DNA of 63,332 nucleotides from Candidatus Woesearchaeota archaeon (GCA_043812815.1 JBDRLT010000026.1:1-63332), one strand, 5' to 3'. Counted from the first letter of the stretch, positions 1-10,198 are shown. Numbers and translations: made by a program. Notes: generated from the sequence alone by a model not told the origin.

Positions 1-42
1 GTTTGTTATTTAAAAGTTATGACAAATGTCATTGTTTATCCG

Positions 43-58
43 AAAAGTTATTTAAACC
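43..58 (+). promoter_or_regulatory. Archaeal BRE/TATA promoter of the tRNA-Ala gene
   Basis: AAAAGTTATTTAAACC about 25 nt upstream of the tRNA 5' end at 81. Confidence 0.6.
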
Positions 59-80
59 TTTGAGAAAACACTGTTGATAT

Positions 81-224
81 GGGCTCGTGGTCAAACGGTA
101 AGATGTCTCCCTCGCACGGAGAAGACAGCGGGTTCAATTCCACCTTTTGTCAGCCAAAAGCTGGACCAAAAGAAGGAGTTTCGACTTCGTCGAAGCCTCG
201 TGGTTGAAAATCCCGCCGAGTCCA
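81..224 (+). tRNA. tRNA-Ala (anticodon CGC) with an intron in the T-loop (~139-210)
   Basis: Acceptor stem GGGCTCG/CGAGTCC with the G3:U70 Ala identity pair and discriminator A; anticodon arm TCTCC-CT CGC AC-GGAGA; T-stem GCGGG/CCCGC interrupted after TTCAAT by 72 nt forming a BHB-like junction. Confidence 0.92.
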
Positions 225-368
225 TGAAATTTTTTCTTAATTTTTTGGTGTTCCATTTACATATGGGTCTAAGCTTTCACTAGCTTCCACACCTTTATAA
301 CAGACTTTGACACTTGGAAGTGGTAAAAAATAGAAAGATTTATATATTGGAAAAACCTACATTACCTC

Positions 369-938
369 ATGGTAAAAAAACATACGCCAAAAGCCAAAAT
401 TGATGATATTGTTAGAGGTATGAAGCCAGTATACCATGCAGCTTACCCAGATGCACGTCATGATTACCTTAAATTATGCTATAATGGAAAATCTATGAAT
501 CCATTGACTAACGCCAGCTAGTATTGCCGGGAAATCGTGGAACATTTGGAAGCAAAGGGTCTTCGTCTGGATTTGGAAATCGAAGGTTCAATTGAAGAGC
601 TCGTGTATAATGTTGCACAACACTTAGACAAATGCCCAACCAAAGTAGCAATATACGCACCTGAGGATCGCACTTCAATTATTGTTGTTCTATGTAGTGA
701 AATGAATCCTGAGCAGCTAAGAAATTGGAAAGCAGAGATCAGAAAAGTGGAGAGAGTACTTGGTTTGAACAAGGGGGATAATCCTCGTAAGCTTAATCAT
801 GTAAGACGTAAACAACCACTTGGTTTATTAATGATACTTAGCAATGCTAAAGAAGGCAACTACGGATTCTTAGACGGGGATAGTCAGACTGCCTTTTATG
901 TACAATACAGTGCGAATCCAATAGAACCAAAAGTATAA
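369..938 (+). pseudogene. Orphan gene with a single in-frame TAG (519-521); the distal part is ORF 537..938
   Basis: BRE/TATA GAAAGATTTATATA at ~333-346; ATG at 369 is in frame with ORF 537..938, with only one stop between them. Confidence 0.55.
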
Positions 939-962
939 ATATTATAGCATCCAATTCTGAGT

Positions 963-1496
963 ATGCCAGCAGAAATCGAAGTCAAAATTCTTAACATTGA
1001 TGTCAAAGATGCCCTGACAAAACTGGAGAGAATTGGCGCTAAAAGAGTAGCACAAAAAAACTACACTAGAATAATCTTCTCACTGCCTAACTCCCCTGTG
1101 CCCTTTGACAAATGGATAAGGCTAAGGACAGACGGCAAGAAAACGACAATAGCATACAAATGCATTCAAAGCAAAGCTATAGACGGCATAAAAGAGCTTG
1201 AAATTACTGTAAGTGACTTTGAGATTGCACGAAAGCTACTCAATAGTATTGGCATGGAAGAGAGATTACTCCAAAAGAACAAAAGAATCCAATACCAGCT
1301 TGGCAAAACAGAGTTCTGCATTGACTTCTGGCCAAAACTTGAGCCCTATCTTGAGATAGAATCTGACAGCAAGGAAAACTTAAAAAAAGCAGTGGCGTTA
1401 CTCGGCTTCTCTATGGAGCATACAACAACACTCACAACCGAGCAAATTTACAGGCAAAAAGGAATTGATATCAATAAAATTAAACGCCTTGTTTAG
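963..1496 (+). CDS. CYTH-domain protein (class IV adenylate cyclase / triphosphate tunnel family)
   Basis: N-terminal EIEVK motif; WIRLR, ELEI and YLEIE motifs. Confidence 0.88.
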   Translation: MPAEIEVKILNIDVKDALTKLERIGAKRVAQKNYTRIIFSLPNSPVPFDKWIRLRTDGKKTTIAYKCIQSKAIDGIKELEITVSDFEIARKLLNSIGMEERLLQKNKRIQYQLGKTEFCIDFWPKLEPYLEIESDSKENLKKAVALLGFSMEHTTTLTTEQIYRQKGIDINKIKRLV

Positions 1497-2649
1497 ACTC
1501 GGACTTTCTCATTAGCCATAATGCCAATATCATAACAGCTGCAGCCACCAATGCAAAACTTCCTGGGAAAAAATAGTTAATCATAAAACCGCCAATCAGC
1601 GGAGCCGCAATCTGCGCTAAACTCCCAATTGAATTGGTAACACCCAGCACAGCACCCTGCTCCTTATCTGAGACACTCCTTGATATCGCTCCCGTCATCA
1701 CCGGCCGTGCAACACCCGTGCCAAAAGAGAAAAAAGTGATAAACAAGAACAAATGCCAATACTCAGAAACAAACAGCACACCAACCATTGCAATAAGAAT
1801 CGATGTAATCCCAGCAAACTGCAATCGCTTCTCCCCAAACCTGTCAATCAATTTTGGCAGCATAATACCTCTAAGCACAATACTCAAAAACCCAACATAG
1901 GTGTACAAAATTCCCACATTGCTGGAACCGAGCCCGAGCTGCCTCTCTGCATACATCGCAAGAGAGCTAACTAAAAGCACATGCGCAAGACTGTAAGCTG
2001 AGAACTCCCAAAGCTTTGGAGCCACACTCTTCTCCCTGAAATATTTGGCAAAATCGCCAAACCCAAATACCTTCATACTTAGTGTCAACTTTCTCTTCTT
2101 TTTGATGGTCTCAGGCAGCAAAACCATTGTGATAAAAATACTAATCAGGGATACTCCTGCAGCCATAAATGAGGGCACCGAATATCCCCACTGTGCCAGA
2201 AACCCACCAATAGCAGGCCCAAACAAAAATCCAAAACCAAATGCAGCACCAGAAATCCCAAAAGCCTTGCTCCTGTTCTCCTTTGTTGAGATATCACTCA
2301 GATAAGCCATAGCAATTGTGAAATTGGCTCCCAACATTCCATCAACGATCCTGCTCAAGAATATCATTGGCAGCGACTTTGCCAATCCCAAAATCAGAAA
2401 ACCCAAAAATGTGGAAAATTGGGCAAAAACAAGCAGAGGTTTCCTACCATAATGGTCGCTAAGCTTACCCATAATCGGTGCTGAGATAAACTGGCATATG
2501 GAAAAAATTGCCAGTATCATCCCTACCATAAATGGAGTCGCTCCTAACTCCTGAGCGTAAAAAGGCAGAAATGGCAAAATCAATGAAAAACCAAACACCT
2601 CAGTAACCAAAAGAATAAAAATAATGATATACTCTTTTTTATGATCCAT
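1480..2649 (-). CDS. MFS transporter, TetA/DHA1-like (likely start MDHKK at 2649)
   Basis: About 12 TM segments; motif A GKLSDHYGRKP; GFLFGPAIGG motif C; TATA at ~2671-2681. Confidence 0.92.
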   Translation of the reverse strand: MDHKKEYIIIFILLVTEVFGFSLILPFLPFYAQELGATPFMVGMILAIFSICQFISAPIMGKLSDHYGRKPLLVFAQFSTFLGFLILGLAKSLPMIFLSRIVDGMLGANFTIAMAYLSDISTKENRSKAFGISGAAFGFGFLFGPAIGGFLAQWGYSVPSFMAAGVSLISIFITMVLLPETIKKKRKLTLSMKVFGFGDFAKYFREKSVAPKLWEFSAYSLAHVLLVSSLAMYAERQLGLGSSNVGILYTYVGFLSIVLRGIMLPKLIDRFGEKRLQFAGITSILIAMVGVLFVSEYWHLFLFITFFSFGTGVARPVMTGAISRSVSDKEQGAVLGVTNSIGSLAQIAAPLIGGFMINYFFPGSFALVAAAVMILALWLMRKSESKQGV

Positions 2650-2728
2650 TCTGGCTGCAAATCCGTTTAGCTTTTTATAAATATCGCTTTGGGTTAAATT
2701 TAAAACTGTAAACCTATTCCTAGCCAAA

Positions 2729-3151
2729 ATGCAATATCAAAAATTCAACGACCACTTCATCATTAGAATAGACAAGGGAGAAGAGATTGTCGAAACGCTT
2801 ACTAAATTCTGCAAACAACACTCCGTAAAACTTGGCAAGATTACTGGTGTAGGTGCAACCAACAAGATAAAGATCGGATTGTTTGAGACTGCACCTAAAA
2901 AGTATCATGCGTCAGAACTAACCGGTGATTTTGAAATCTGCTCCCTGACAGGCAATATCTCAACAATGGATAAAGAGCCGTATTTGCATTTACATTGCAC
3001 AATAGCAGATAAAAACCACAACTCATTTGGTGGGCATCTCACCTCTGCCTATGTTAGCGCAACATTTGAGGTGATATTGGAAAAAATTGATGGTGAGATT
3101 GACAGAAAGTTTAGCGAAGAAATCGGCCTAAACCTAATCTATTTTAGGTAA
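2729..3151 (+). CDS. PPC/DUF296 domain protein
   Basis: RIDKGEEI, GVGA, EICSLTGNIS, HLHCT and GGHL motifs. Confidence 0.9.
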   Translation: MQYQKFNDHFIIRIDKGEEIVETLTKFCKQHSVKLGKITGVGATNKIKIGLFETAPKKYHASELTGDFEICSLTGNISTMDKEPYLHLHCTIADKNHNSFGGHLTSAYVSATFEVILEKIDGEIDRKFSEEIGLNLIYFR

Positions 3152-3820
3152 GGAATTTAATCTAGAAACAACTTCTATCTCATCAAGGTCATTTTGCACC
3201 CTGGCATAATCCCTGTCATCAAGCAGCAGAGCTTTACTTAACGCTCTTGCATCCGAAAGTAGCTTTCTAGCATCATCATTCTGTTCAATCCTTAAATACA
3301 ACTGAGCTTTCCCAATTAATTCATGCAGATGCCCAACCATGTCAATTTGCCTTGGTTTCTTAATAGTAACTGGTGGGGCAGTTGGCACATATCCTTCTTC
3401 CTCAATTGAGTTCCTAATCTCCTTATATACATCATCCTGCATGGCTGGTTCCCCCAAATCAGGTAGTGCGTGAGGAACCATCTCGGTTATTGGCTCCTTC
3501 CAATTGTCCAGTACAATCCTCAAAATATCTTCACTCTGATCCTGCGGCATTGGCACAGTTATCGACTCCTGCTCAAGTATCTCTTCTTCCAGCAAAGCCA
3601 TCATATCCTTCCTTGTCCGGACAGCCATCAACCTTTCTGCCAATTCTGTGCGGCCAAAAACATCACCCACCCATTTGGCAAAATCATTCTTGTGCTCATT
3701 CACATGGTAGCTGAAAGATTCATCAGCTATTGAATTTAAAACCCCAACTACCTCCCCCATATATCTAATAACAGAACCATCACAAACATAGAAGTATTTC
3801 TCAGGGCTTAACATAGTCAT
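3134..3820 (-). CDS. Protein with an N-terminal DUF5752-like domain
   Basis: FYVCDG...FSYHVNEHKNDFAKWVGDVFG; paralogous to 47229..47570. Confidence 0.7.
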   Translation of the reverse strand: MTMLSPEKYFYVCDGSVIRYMGEVVGVLNSIADESFSYHVNEHKNDFAKWVGDVFGRTELAERLMAVRTRKDMMALLEEEILEQESITVPMPQDQSEDILRIVLDNWKEPITEMVPHALPDLGEPAMQDDVYKEIRNSIEEEGYVPTAPPVTIKKPRQIDMVGHLHELIGKAQLYLRIEQNDDARKLLSDARALSKALLLDDRDYARVQNDLDEIEVVSRLNSLPKID

Positions 3821-4051
3821 AGCGTGTCAGTAGCAATCTGACTATAAATAAATGTACTTTTATCCATAAGTGGTAACAGAAAATGAGCAGTTGTCTCGAT
3901 CGGTGAAAATCTGATCAAAATCCTGGACACGCTATCTGATGATGACCCCGCGAAAGTAACAAAACATAAAGTAGCCCACATCAAACAACCTGACACACAG
4001 GAATACTTAGCAAAAAACCAGACAATGCCATCCCAAACAAAATGCTAAGAG

Positions 4052-5776
4052 TCACCTTAGTTCATGCACTAGTTCAATATACATCCCTACGCTCCATGCC
4101 TGGCACAAACACCCTCTGCTCTGCTCTGCAAAAGCTGAACTTATTTCTGCATGATGCCCTACTGCACCCATCCACAGTATCTCATTTGTCGATGCTCTAA
4201 GGATTTTCTGGATATGATCCCAATATCTATACTTATCCAGCCTGTACATACAGATTGCTGCCAGATTATTAAGCCAAAACCAAGAATCCCCCCTATGATA
4301 GCTATGATTGTCTTCACCCGTGTGCATTGGATGAAAAAGGTTTGACTCCTTGTCAATACTAGCTAAACCCCCCCACTCCAGCCACAATCTTTTCAAAGCA
4401 TTATCAAAAACAGCTATCCACTCAGGCTTTGAAAGCAAATCAGGATAGGCATAGAAGGCAATAAAAAGATTAGGCCTAACAGTGAAATCGCCCAAACCAT
4501 CTGCAAGCATCTCCCCATTGAAGAATTCGTGCTTTACTCTAGCCTTAAGGTTTTTCGCCAATTCTACAAACCTATCTTGTTTACTTATGGAGTACAGCAG
4601 TTTGTAAAAGCAAAGCTGCAGCGCCTGTATCTCGATTCTTGCTCCTTCTCTATTGTCACCATTCTCCACAGTATCCATCCATGTCTCTTGAGGACTGTTG
4701 AAAACCAGATACTGCTCTACAAAATTCAAATCAATCCTGCTAAAAATATACTCAAGCTTCGCCATCAGGAATTTGCTCTCAGTGCTGTCCAACTCCTTCT
4801 TGTCAACCAACTGCTGCATCCGCAACACGCACCACCCATTGGTATCAGCAGCATCCAAACCGCTTGCAGGCATCCTATTAGGTATTCTTCCATTTAACTG
4901 AATGTTCCCAAGCTCACTGAAGAGAATCCCCTTTGCCTGCTTATCTTTCTGCTTAAGCAATGCACCGACAGCAATTGCCTCATCCCTTGCCCAGAACTGA
5001 AAAAACCAGGGCAGGCCAGCAAGAATCCTATTATCCACAACAAGATTATCCAGAGATTGTTTTGCACACAAATAGGCAAAATTGACTTCCTCCTCTTTTG
5101 CCATCTTTTTCAAAGCACCCTTTGCTGAACTCTGAGCGAAAACTTCATTAACCAATTGTTTGGCCAGCTGCAGATCTTTGGCTACGCAAACAGCCACCCG
5201 CTCTGCATCAATCTTCAAAGCCTGGAACACATATCTCTCAAACGGAGCAGAATTGCGTTGGCGATCATATTCGTAATGCTTCTGGATCCAAGCCCCAATC
5301 TTCTCATGTTTGCCATTATGCTTAATGGCAATATATCTTTCATACTCAACAACCCCATTTGTTTTGTCCTCACGGTAATCTGTTCTCTTTGTGAATTTGA
5401 CTATAATGCATTCATCGTCAATGATCTCATAATCTCTGCCCCATTGCCTCAGATCATAACTCTTTCTGCAATCCAGGTTAACAGACACGGGCATTTTAGT
5501 ATCGATACGCAGTCCCTTTTCTGAGAGCACAAACCTTGAATTCCCAATCTCAGCTCCATCAAAAGTGTTCACAATCTTATCAACAGGCAAACCCAAATCT
5601 TCCACAACCTTGTACATCTCCATCTCGTCCTTGTCAAAAAAGAAATAACCATCATACCTAGACAAGTTACCAGAACCCAGCATAAAATAACTGCCCTGAC
5701 AACTCAGAAGCAGTCTTGCATCACCAACCTCTTTGGAAATAGCATGTTTGCCATGCCTGTGCTCCACCCCAACCAT
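4052..5776 (-). CDS. Amylo-alpha-1,6-glucosidase (glycogen debranching enzyme, GH133-like); likely start MVGVEH at 5776
   Basis: AGLPWFFQFWARD, TWMD, YHRGDSW and QAWS motifs; TATA at ~5798-5810. Confidence 0.88.
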   Translation of the reverse strand: MVGVEHRHGKHAISKEVGDARLLLSCQGSYFMLGSGNLSRYDGYFFFDKDEMEMYKVVEDLGLPVDKIVNTFDGAEIGNSRFVLSEKGLRIDTKMPVSVNLDCRKSYDLRQWGRDYEIIDDECIIVKFTKRTDYREDKTNGVVEYERYIAIKHNGKHEKIGAWIQKHYEYDRQRNSAPFERYVFQALKIDAERVAVCVAKDLQLAKQLVNEVFAQSSAKGALKKMAKEEEVNFAYLCAKQSLDNLVVDNRILAGLPWFFQFWARDEAIAVGALLKQKDKQAKGILFSELGNIQLNGRIPNRMPASGLDAADTNGWCVLRMQQLVDKKELDSTESKFLMAKLEYIFSRIDLNFVEQYLVFNSPQETWMDTVENGDNREGARIEIQALQLCFYKLLYSISKQDRFVELAKNLKARVKHEFFNGEMLADGLGDFTVRPNLFIAFYAYPDLLSKPEWIAVFDNALKRLWLEWGGLASIDKESNLFHPMHTGEDNHSYHRGDSWFWLNNLAAICMYRLDKYRYWDHIQKILRASTNEILWMGAVGHHAEISSAFAEQSRGCLCQAWSVGMYIELVHELR

Positions 5777-5850
5777 GCATAAAATACACAAGGAGGCGGT
5801 ATTTAAATTTATTGTTTTTATTCTTCTTCCATTTGCATCATCCACATATT

Positions 5851-7005
5851 TCAATGCATATTGCCATATTCCTCAATATTCCCTGAAGCAAAAACCCAGT
5901 ATTGGCCTTTGTCCACAACCACAGCTGCAATTGTACCTTTTGACAGATCAGACATTGAAGCAGCAGCCAGCTTTCTGGCATCATCAATCCTAGCCAGAAC
6001 CTGCCGCTCCAATCCATTAGAAGATACGCGCCTCACAAACAGCCTGGAACCAACTGGACCAATATCTCTGCCAATCGGACTAAAATACTGGGCACCATCA
6101 TAAACACACACTTCTTTTAGAGCCATCGCAAACTCTTCGCTTCCTACTTCAGGCACTACACTGTAATGATCATGCCAATAATTTCCGTTAAGTGGAACTG
6201 TAACCATATCCATTAAATCCAAAGGACCTGCAAGCAGCAATCCATGAGCCTCCTGATCCTGTGCCAATGTCTTGGCTGCAGCGATGACTGGGTCAACCAA
6301 GTCTCTATCAGCTAAAGGATACTTGGAAAAATCAACTTCTGGAAAACCCTGAACATACCTCAAAACCTCAGTACCTTGGTAATTAGCTTGTAATCTGGCG
6401 GCAAGCTCATCAATTGTTATTCCTGGCTCTGCTGCCTGTGTTCTCTCATATTTGGGCTCAGCCAAATGCCTTATATCCACTTGGCTGGAGGAAACTAGAA
6501 CCTTGCCGCTCCCAAACAACGCTACACCATTTGTTCCAGCCTTAATCCATACACCGCCAAACAAAGAGCCAAAGCCAGCAGCAGCCATTCCTGCCCCTCT
6601 CCCCACAACCTGCTCACACATTAAAGGGTCAACATACTCAACTAGCCTTGTATCTAAAAATTTCCCTTCAGGAGTAATAATATGCACGCCTGGTTTCTGA
6701 GAATAATATCTGATATATTCCTCAAGGTCACCGCCTGGAAACGGAGCAGCTGCCCAATGGAAATTACTCGCTACCCTGTCTGCTGTGGGTTCGTCAACAA
6801 CAGCAAAAAATGCGCTGTAACTCTCATCATTCAAGGCATTAACATCTTTTGGCTCATAGCTTGCCCACTCTGCAGCCAGAATTTCCCATACTTCATGGGC
6901 AATCTGAAGTCCGTTTCTCTGTTCAGCATCGATTTTCGCTTTTTGAACCATTTTGGCATCAACCAGGCAGATATTATGATTTTTTAAGCTCAATTTAGGC
7001 TTCAA
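5851..7005 (-). CDS. Protein with two degenerate DisA_N/DAC-like domains (start uncertain)
   Basis: C-terminal half DGAQYF...DARKLAAASMSDLSKGTIAAVVVDKGQYWVFASGNI; N-terminal half PGVHIITPEG...GAGMAAAG...GVALFGSGKV. Confidence 0.55.
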   Translation of the reverse strand: MKPKLSLKNHNICLVDAKMVQKAKIDAEQRNGLQIAHEVWEILAAEWASYEPKDVNALNDESYSAFFAVVDEPTADRVASNFHWAAAPFPGGDLEEYIRYYSQKPGVHIITPEGKFLDTRLVEYVDPLMCEQVVGRGAGMAAAGFGSLFGGVWIKAGTNGVALFGSGKVLVSSSQVDIRHLAEPKYERTQAAEPGITIDELAARLQANYQGTEVLRYVQGFPEVDFSKYPLADRDLVDPVIAAAKTLAQDQEAHGLLLAGPLDLMDMVTVPLNGNYWHDHYSVVPEVGSEEFAMALKEVCVYDGAQYFSPIGRDIGPVGSRLFVRRVSSNGLERQVLARIDDARKLAAASMSDLSKGTIAAVVVDKGQYWVFASGNIEEYGNMH

Positions 7006-7280
7006 TATAATATAATATTTGCTTTAAACCAATCAAATTACCTTATCTATATATAAATGTTTCTTTAATTTAGAATAAGTACGGTAAAACAACTACAAAA
7101 ATAGTTTAGAGAATAATAAATAAAACAAAAAGCAGTTTTATCTATGTGAAAATGCTAATAATCTGTTAGAAAGGTCTAAAAACTAGCAGATAGGGAAAAC
7201 AAGTCATATCTGAGCTTTTCATTTTCCGCAATCTCTATAAAAACCTTTAAATATTCGAAGTTGCCAGTCCAGTAGGTCAA

Positions 7281-8495
7281 ATGGAAGCCCTTGTTATTAT
7301 TCTGGTGTGTCTTACTGCTTCCTATCTTTTGGGCGAGTTTTTTGAAGGGCTCCAGCTACCAAGAGTCTTGGGAAGCCTCCTTGTCGGAGTATTCCTTGGC
7401 TTACCACTAATACAGCTGCAATTCTTTGATCCATTCTCAGAGAACTTATTGCTTGCTTTTGCTGATCTAGGCGTTATTTTTATTATGTTCTATGTCGGCA
7501 TTAGGCTTGATTTGACTGAAATAAAAAACAGTTCCAAATCAGCTGGGTACATTGCCCTCTTTAACGCAGTTGTTCCATTTGTTTTTGGCTTCTTAGCAGT
7601 AAAACTCCTTGCACTCCTCGGATTAATCCATGTGGCAAACCCAAATATTGTTGGGCTGATAGTCGGGGGAATAATTGCAGTAACTGCAGAGACTGAATCC
7701 ATAGATCTGCTATCCAATTTCAGATTGCTCAAATCAAAAATTGGTAAAACAATAATCGCTGCAGATCTCTTTGACAATATTGTGGAGGCATTATTGGTGT
7801 CTTTTATTGTTACCTTTATCCATTATCTCCAAACCCCTGTGTATGGAATATTAATTATTGTGTTTGATGCAATACTCTTTTTCATCCTGGTCTACCTCTC
7901 AGGTTATATTATTGTGCCATTCCTTATGAAATTTATTAGCAGAAGACAGCCAAAAATTGACCTGTTCATCGTATCACTCATACTAAGCCTATTTATGGCA
8001 GTCATCTCGGAATACATGGGACTTGGGTCAATAATCGGCGCATTGCTGGCTGGTATGATCATGAATTATGCCATTCTGAAGGATGGCAAAAAAGACAAGT
8101 ATGAGCGTCAGATTATCGAGGCAATAGAACTCACAACATTTGGCTTTATGGCCCCTTTCTTCTTTATTTGGGTCGGAATGCATGCCAACTTTTCCTTCCT
8201 AATTACCAACCCCTGGCTGGGGATCATAATAATAGTAGCAGCTCTTGGAGGCAAACTCATTGGCAGTATTATTGGCACAGCCCTAAGCAAAGGTACGCTG
8301 GTTGAAGCCCTAACAATCGGTTGGGCAATGAACACCAGAGGCGCAGTTGAATTGGTGGTAGCAGAGATAGCCAGACAAAACAATATTATCACCACAGAGA
8401 TTTTCTCTGCACTTGTATTAATGGCGTTTTTCACAACTATCATTAGCCCATTATTTTTTAAGTTTTACATCAAGCGTTACCATATCAAGGCATAG
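7281..8495 (+). CDS. Cation:proton antiporter (CPA2 / Na+/H+ exchanger family)
   Basis: About 12 TM; LGVIFIMFYVG, AADLFDN, PFFFIWVG and MNTRGAVELVVA motifs. Confidence 0.9.
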   Translation: MEALVIILVCLTASYLLGEFFEGLQLPRVLGSLLVGVFLGLPLIQLQFFDPFSENLLLAFADLGVIFIMFYVGIRLDLTEIKNSSKSAGYIALFNAVVPFVFGFLAVKLLALLGLIHVANPNIVGLIVGGIIAVTAETESIDLLSNFRLLKSKIGKTIIAADLFDNIVEALLVSFIVTFIHYLQTPVYGILIIVFDAILFFILVYLSGYIIVPFLMKFISRRQPKIDLFIVSLILSLFMAVISEYMGLGSIIGALLAGMIMNYAILKDGKKDKYERQIIEAIELTTFGFMAPFFFIWVGMHANFSFLITNPWLGIIIIVAALGGKLIGSIIGTALSKGTLVEALTIGWAMNTRGAVELVVAEIARQNNIITTEIFSALVLMAFFTTIISPLFFKFYIKRYHIKA

Positions 8496-8496
8496 C

Positions 8497-9000
8497 ATGG
8501 AAATTATCCAACTTATCAAAAACCTAGAAGCTTCAGACTGCTTCAAAGCGTGGAAAAAGCAGCACAAGGATGCAATATTGATGTACTTGTACAACATGGT
8601 AGAAGACCATAAATTCCGGGATTGGAATATTGGCTATTACAGCAACACTTCTCGAAAAATAACAGTGTTTGAAAAAAAGGTTGCCAAATTTGGAATAATT
8701 GAAGAGTGTGACCCTGCAGAGTCAGCAGAACCAATCAAAGCCATTGACACACCCAAAATAGCAGTTGACACAATGCAAGCCATGGAAACTGCCTTCAAGT
8801 TGGCAAAAGAAGAATATCCTAACAATAGTTCACAAAAAATCGTGGTAATACTGCAAAATCTGGCAATGGGTCAGTTATGGAACCTCACCCTTGTTGGAAA
8901 AAGCTTTGATATTCTCAACATCAAGATTGATGCCAACTCCGGAAAGATACTTGAGCACAGTAGCAAGCCATTCATCCAGTTTTCTGGACAAGCCTCATAG
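8497..9000 (+). CDS. Conserved-looking hypothetical protein with a PepSY-like C-terminus
   Basis: Coupled to the antiporter; W(N)LT...NIKIDANSGKIL PepSY-type strand pattern. Confidence 0.6.
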   Translation: MEIIQLIKNLEASDCFKAWKKQHKDAILMYLYNMVEDHKFRDWNIGYYSNTSRKITVFEKKVAKFGIIEECDPAESAEPIKAIDTPKIAVDTMQAMETAFKLAKEEYPNNSSQKIVVILQNLAMGQLWNLTLVGKSFDILNIKIDANSGKILEHSSKPFIQFSGQAS

Positions 9001-9153
9001 GAGAGCCCAAACCAATTAATACTGTTTTCCCGACGTAATAATAACTCTTTTCATCATATCTTTTCTAGCGCCACATTACTTATATACCTGTTATACATCT
9101 TAAAATATATCTAATTTTCCAGGAAAAAAGGCGATAGCAAAAGAGGTGCGATT

Positions 9154-9237
9154 ATGACTAATGGTATTAGTTACAAAACTATTGTTAACAACAAGACTAT
9201 CACAGAATTTTGCCAAGAAAAAATCGAGGAAGATTAA
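9154..9237 (+). CDS. Small ORF (27 aa) or gene remnant
   Basis: GAGGTG SD before the ATG; MTNGISYKTIVNNKTITEFCQEKIEED; the stop abuts the convergent tmk stop. Confidence 0.3.
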   Translation: MTNGISYKTIVNNKTITEFCQEKIEED

Positions 9238-9948
9238 CTATTTCTTAAAATCCTGCCAGAGCTGGAGTACTTCACTCTTGGTTTGCTCAATTGATTTCGG
9301 CGGGTTGGTATCCAAATAAACCACCTTTGTTTTAAACCTTTCAAAAAGCTGTTTGAGCCACCCACTGGCATACCGCTGATCTACTTTCCGCTGGAAGCTG
9401 AGCCTTCTGAAAACCCCCTCCTGCAACTCGCCTTTCTCCTTCATTCTCTCTACTACAAGCTGCGGTTCCACTCTTGTGATTATCAGCAAATTGGGAGCAT
9501 GCTTTAAGGCCAGTCTGTTGCCAGGCATCTGTATCAGTTCCTTGAACGAAATCCTGCCCTGCACTGGCTGATAAACCAGAGAGCTGGACACTCCCCTCTC
9601 CTGAAATACATATTTCCCCTGCTTAAGCGCAGTTATGATCACCTTATTATACAATACCTCTCTGTCCAGCGCAAATGCCCAGGCAACAGATACCACTGAA
9701 TAATCATTAGCATTCTTAAGCATCTCTTCTGAAATAGCCCGACCCATGCATCCATAACTAGGTTCAGAACTGAATATGGCATCGCACTCACCCAAAGCCT
9801 CCTCACTTGGAAAACAGCCATTTTCACTATAAAAATCCCTAAGATTAATAACCCTTAGTTTATTGGCTTCGCACCACTCTCTGAACGCATCTATCACTAC
9901 CCCCTTTCCAGAACCATCTATCCCGTCCACTACCACAAAAGCACCCAT
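9238..9948 (-). CDS. tmk: Thymidylate kinase (dTMP kinase), copy 1
   Basis: P-loop DGIDGSGKG; EP, FALDR and ERGVSSSLVYQ motifs. Confidence 0.85.
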   Translation of the reverse strand: MGAFVVVDGIDGSGKGVVIDAFREWCEANKLRVINLRDFYSENGCFPSEEALGECDAIFSSEPSYGCMGRAISEEMLKNANDYSVVSVAWAFALDREVLYNKVIITALKQGKYVFQERGVSSSLVYQPVQGRISFKELIQMPGNRLALKHAPNLLIITRVEPQLVVERMKEKGELQEGVFRRLSFQRKVDQRYASGWLKQLFERFKTKVVYLDTNPPKSIEQTKSEVLQLWQDFKK

Positions 9949-10057
9949 TGGTTCATCATACAGATTGCCTCTATATATATTTTACTCCCTTGAAAAACAA
10001 AAAGTATATATACTAGTATAGCCATAAAAAGAGTTTAAAATATACATATTAATCCAA

Positions 10058-10198
10058 ATGGTAAAAATCCAATTTATCAACAACAAACAATACAAAATCA
10101 CCCTACCCAAACAGATTGTAGATGCAAAAGGCTGGAAAAAGGGAGATACACTAGTTGTGAAAATAAATGAGAAAGGTGAAATAGTATTAACGAGGTGA
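10058..10198 (+). CDS. AbrB/MazE/SpoVT-family DNA-binding protein (46 aa; absent from the ORF track)
   Basis: MVKIQFINNKQYKITLPKQIVDAKGWKKGDTLVVKINEKGEIVLTR; TATA upstream. Confidence 0.85.
   Translation: MVKIQFINNKQYKITLPKQIVDAKGWKKGDTLVVKINEKGEIVLTR

Noticed and set aside
74-283. 69-aa ORF
   Set aside because: Overlaps the intron-containing tRNA-Ala; spurious
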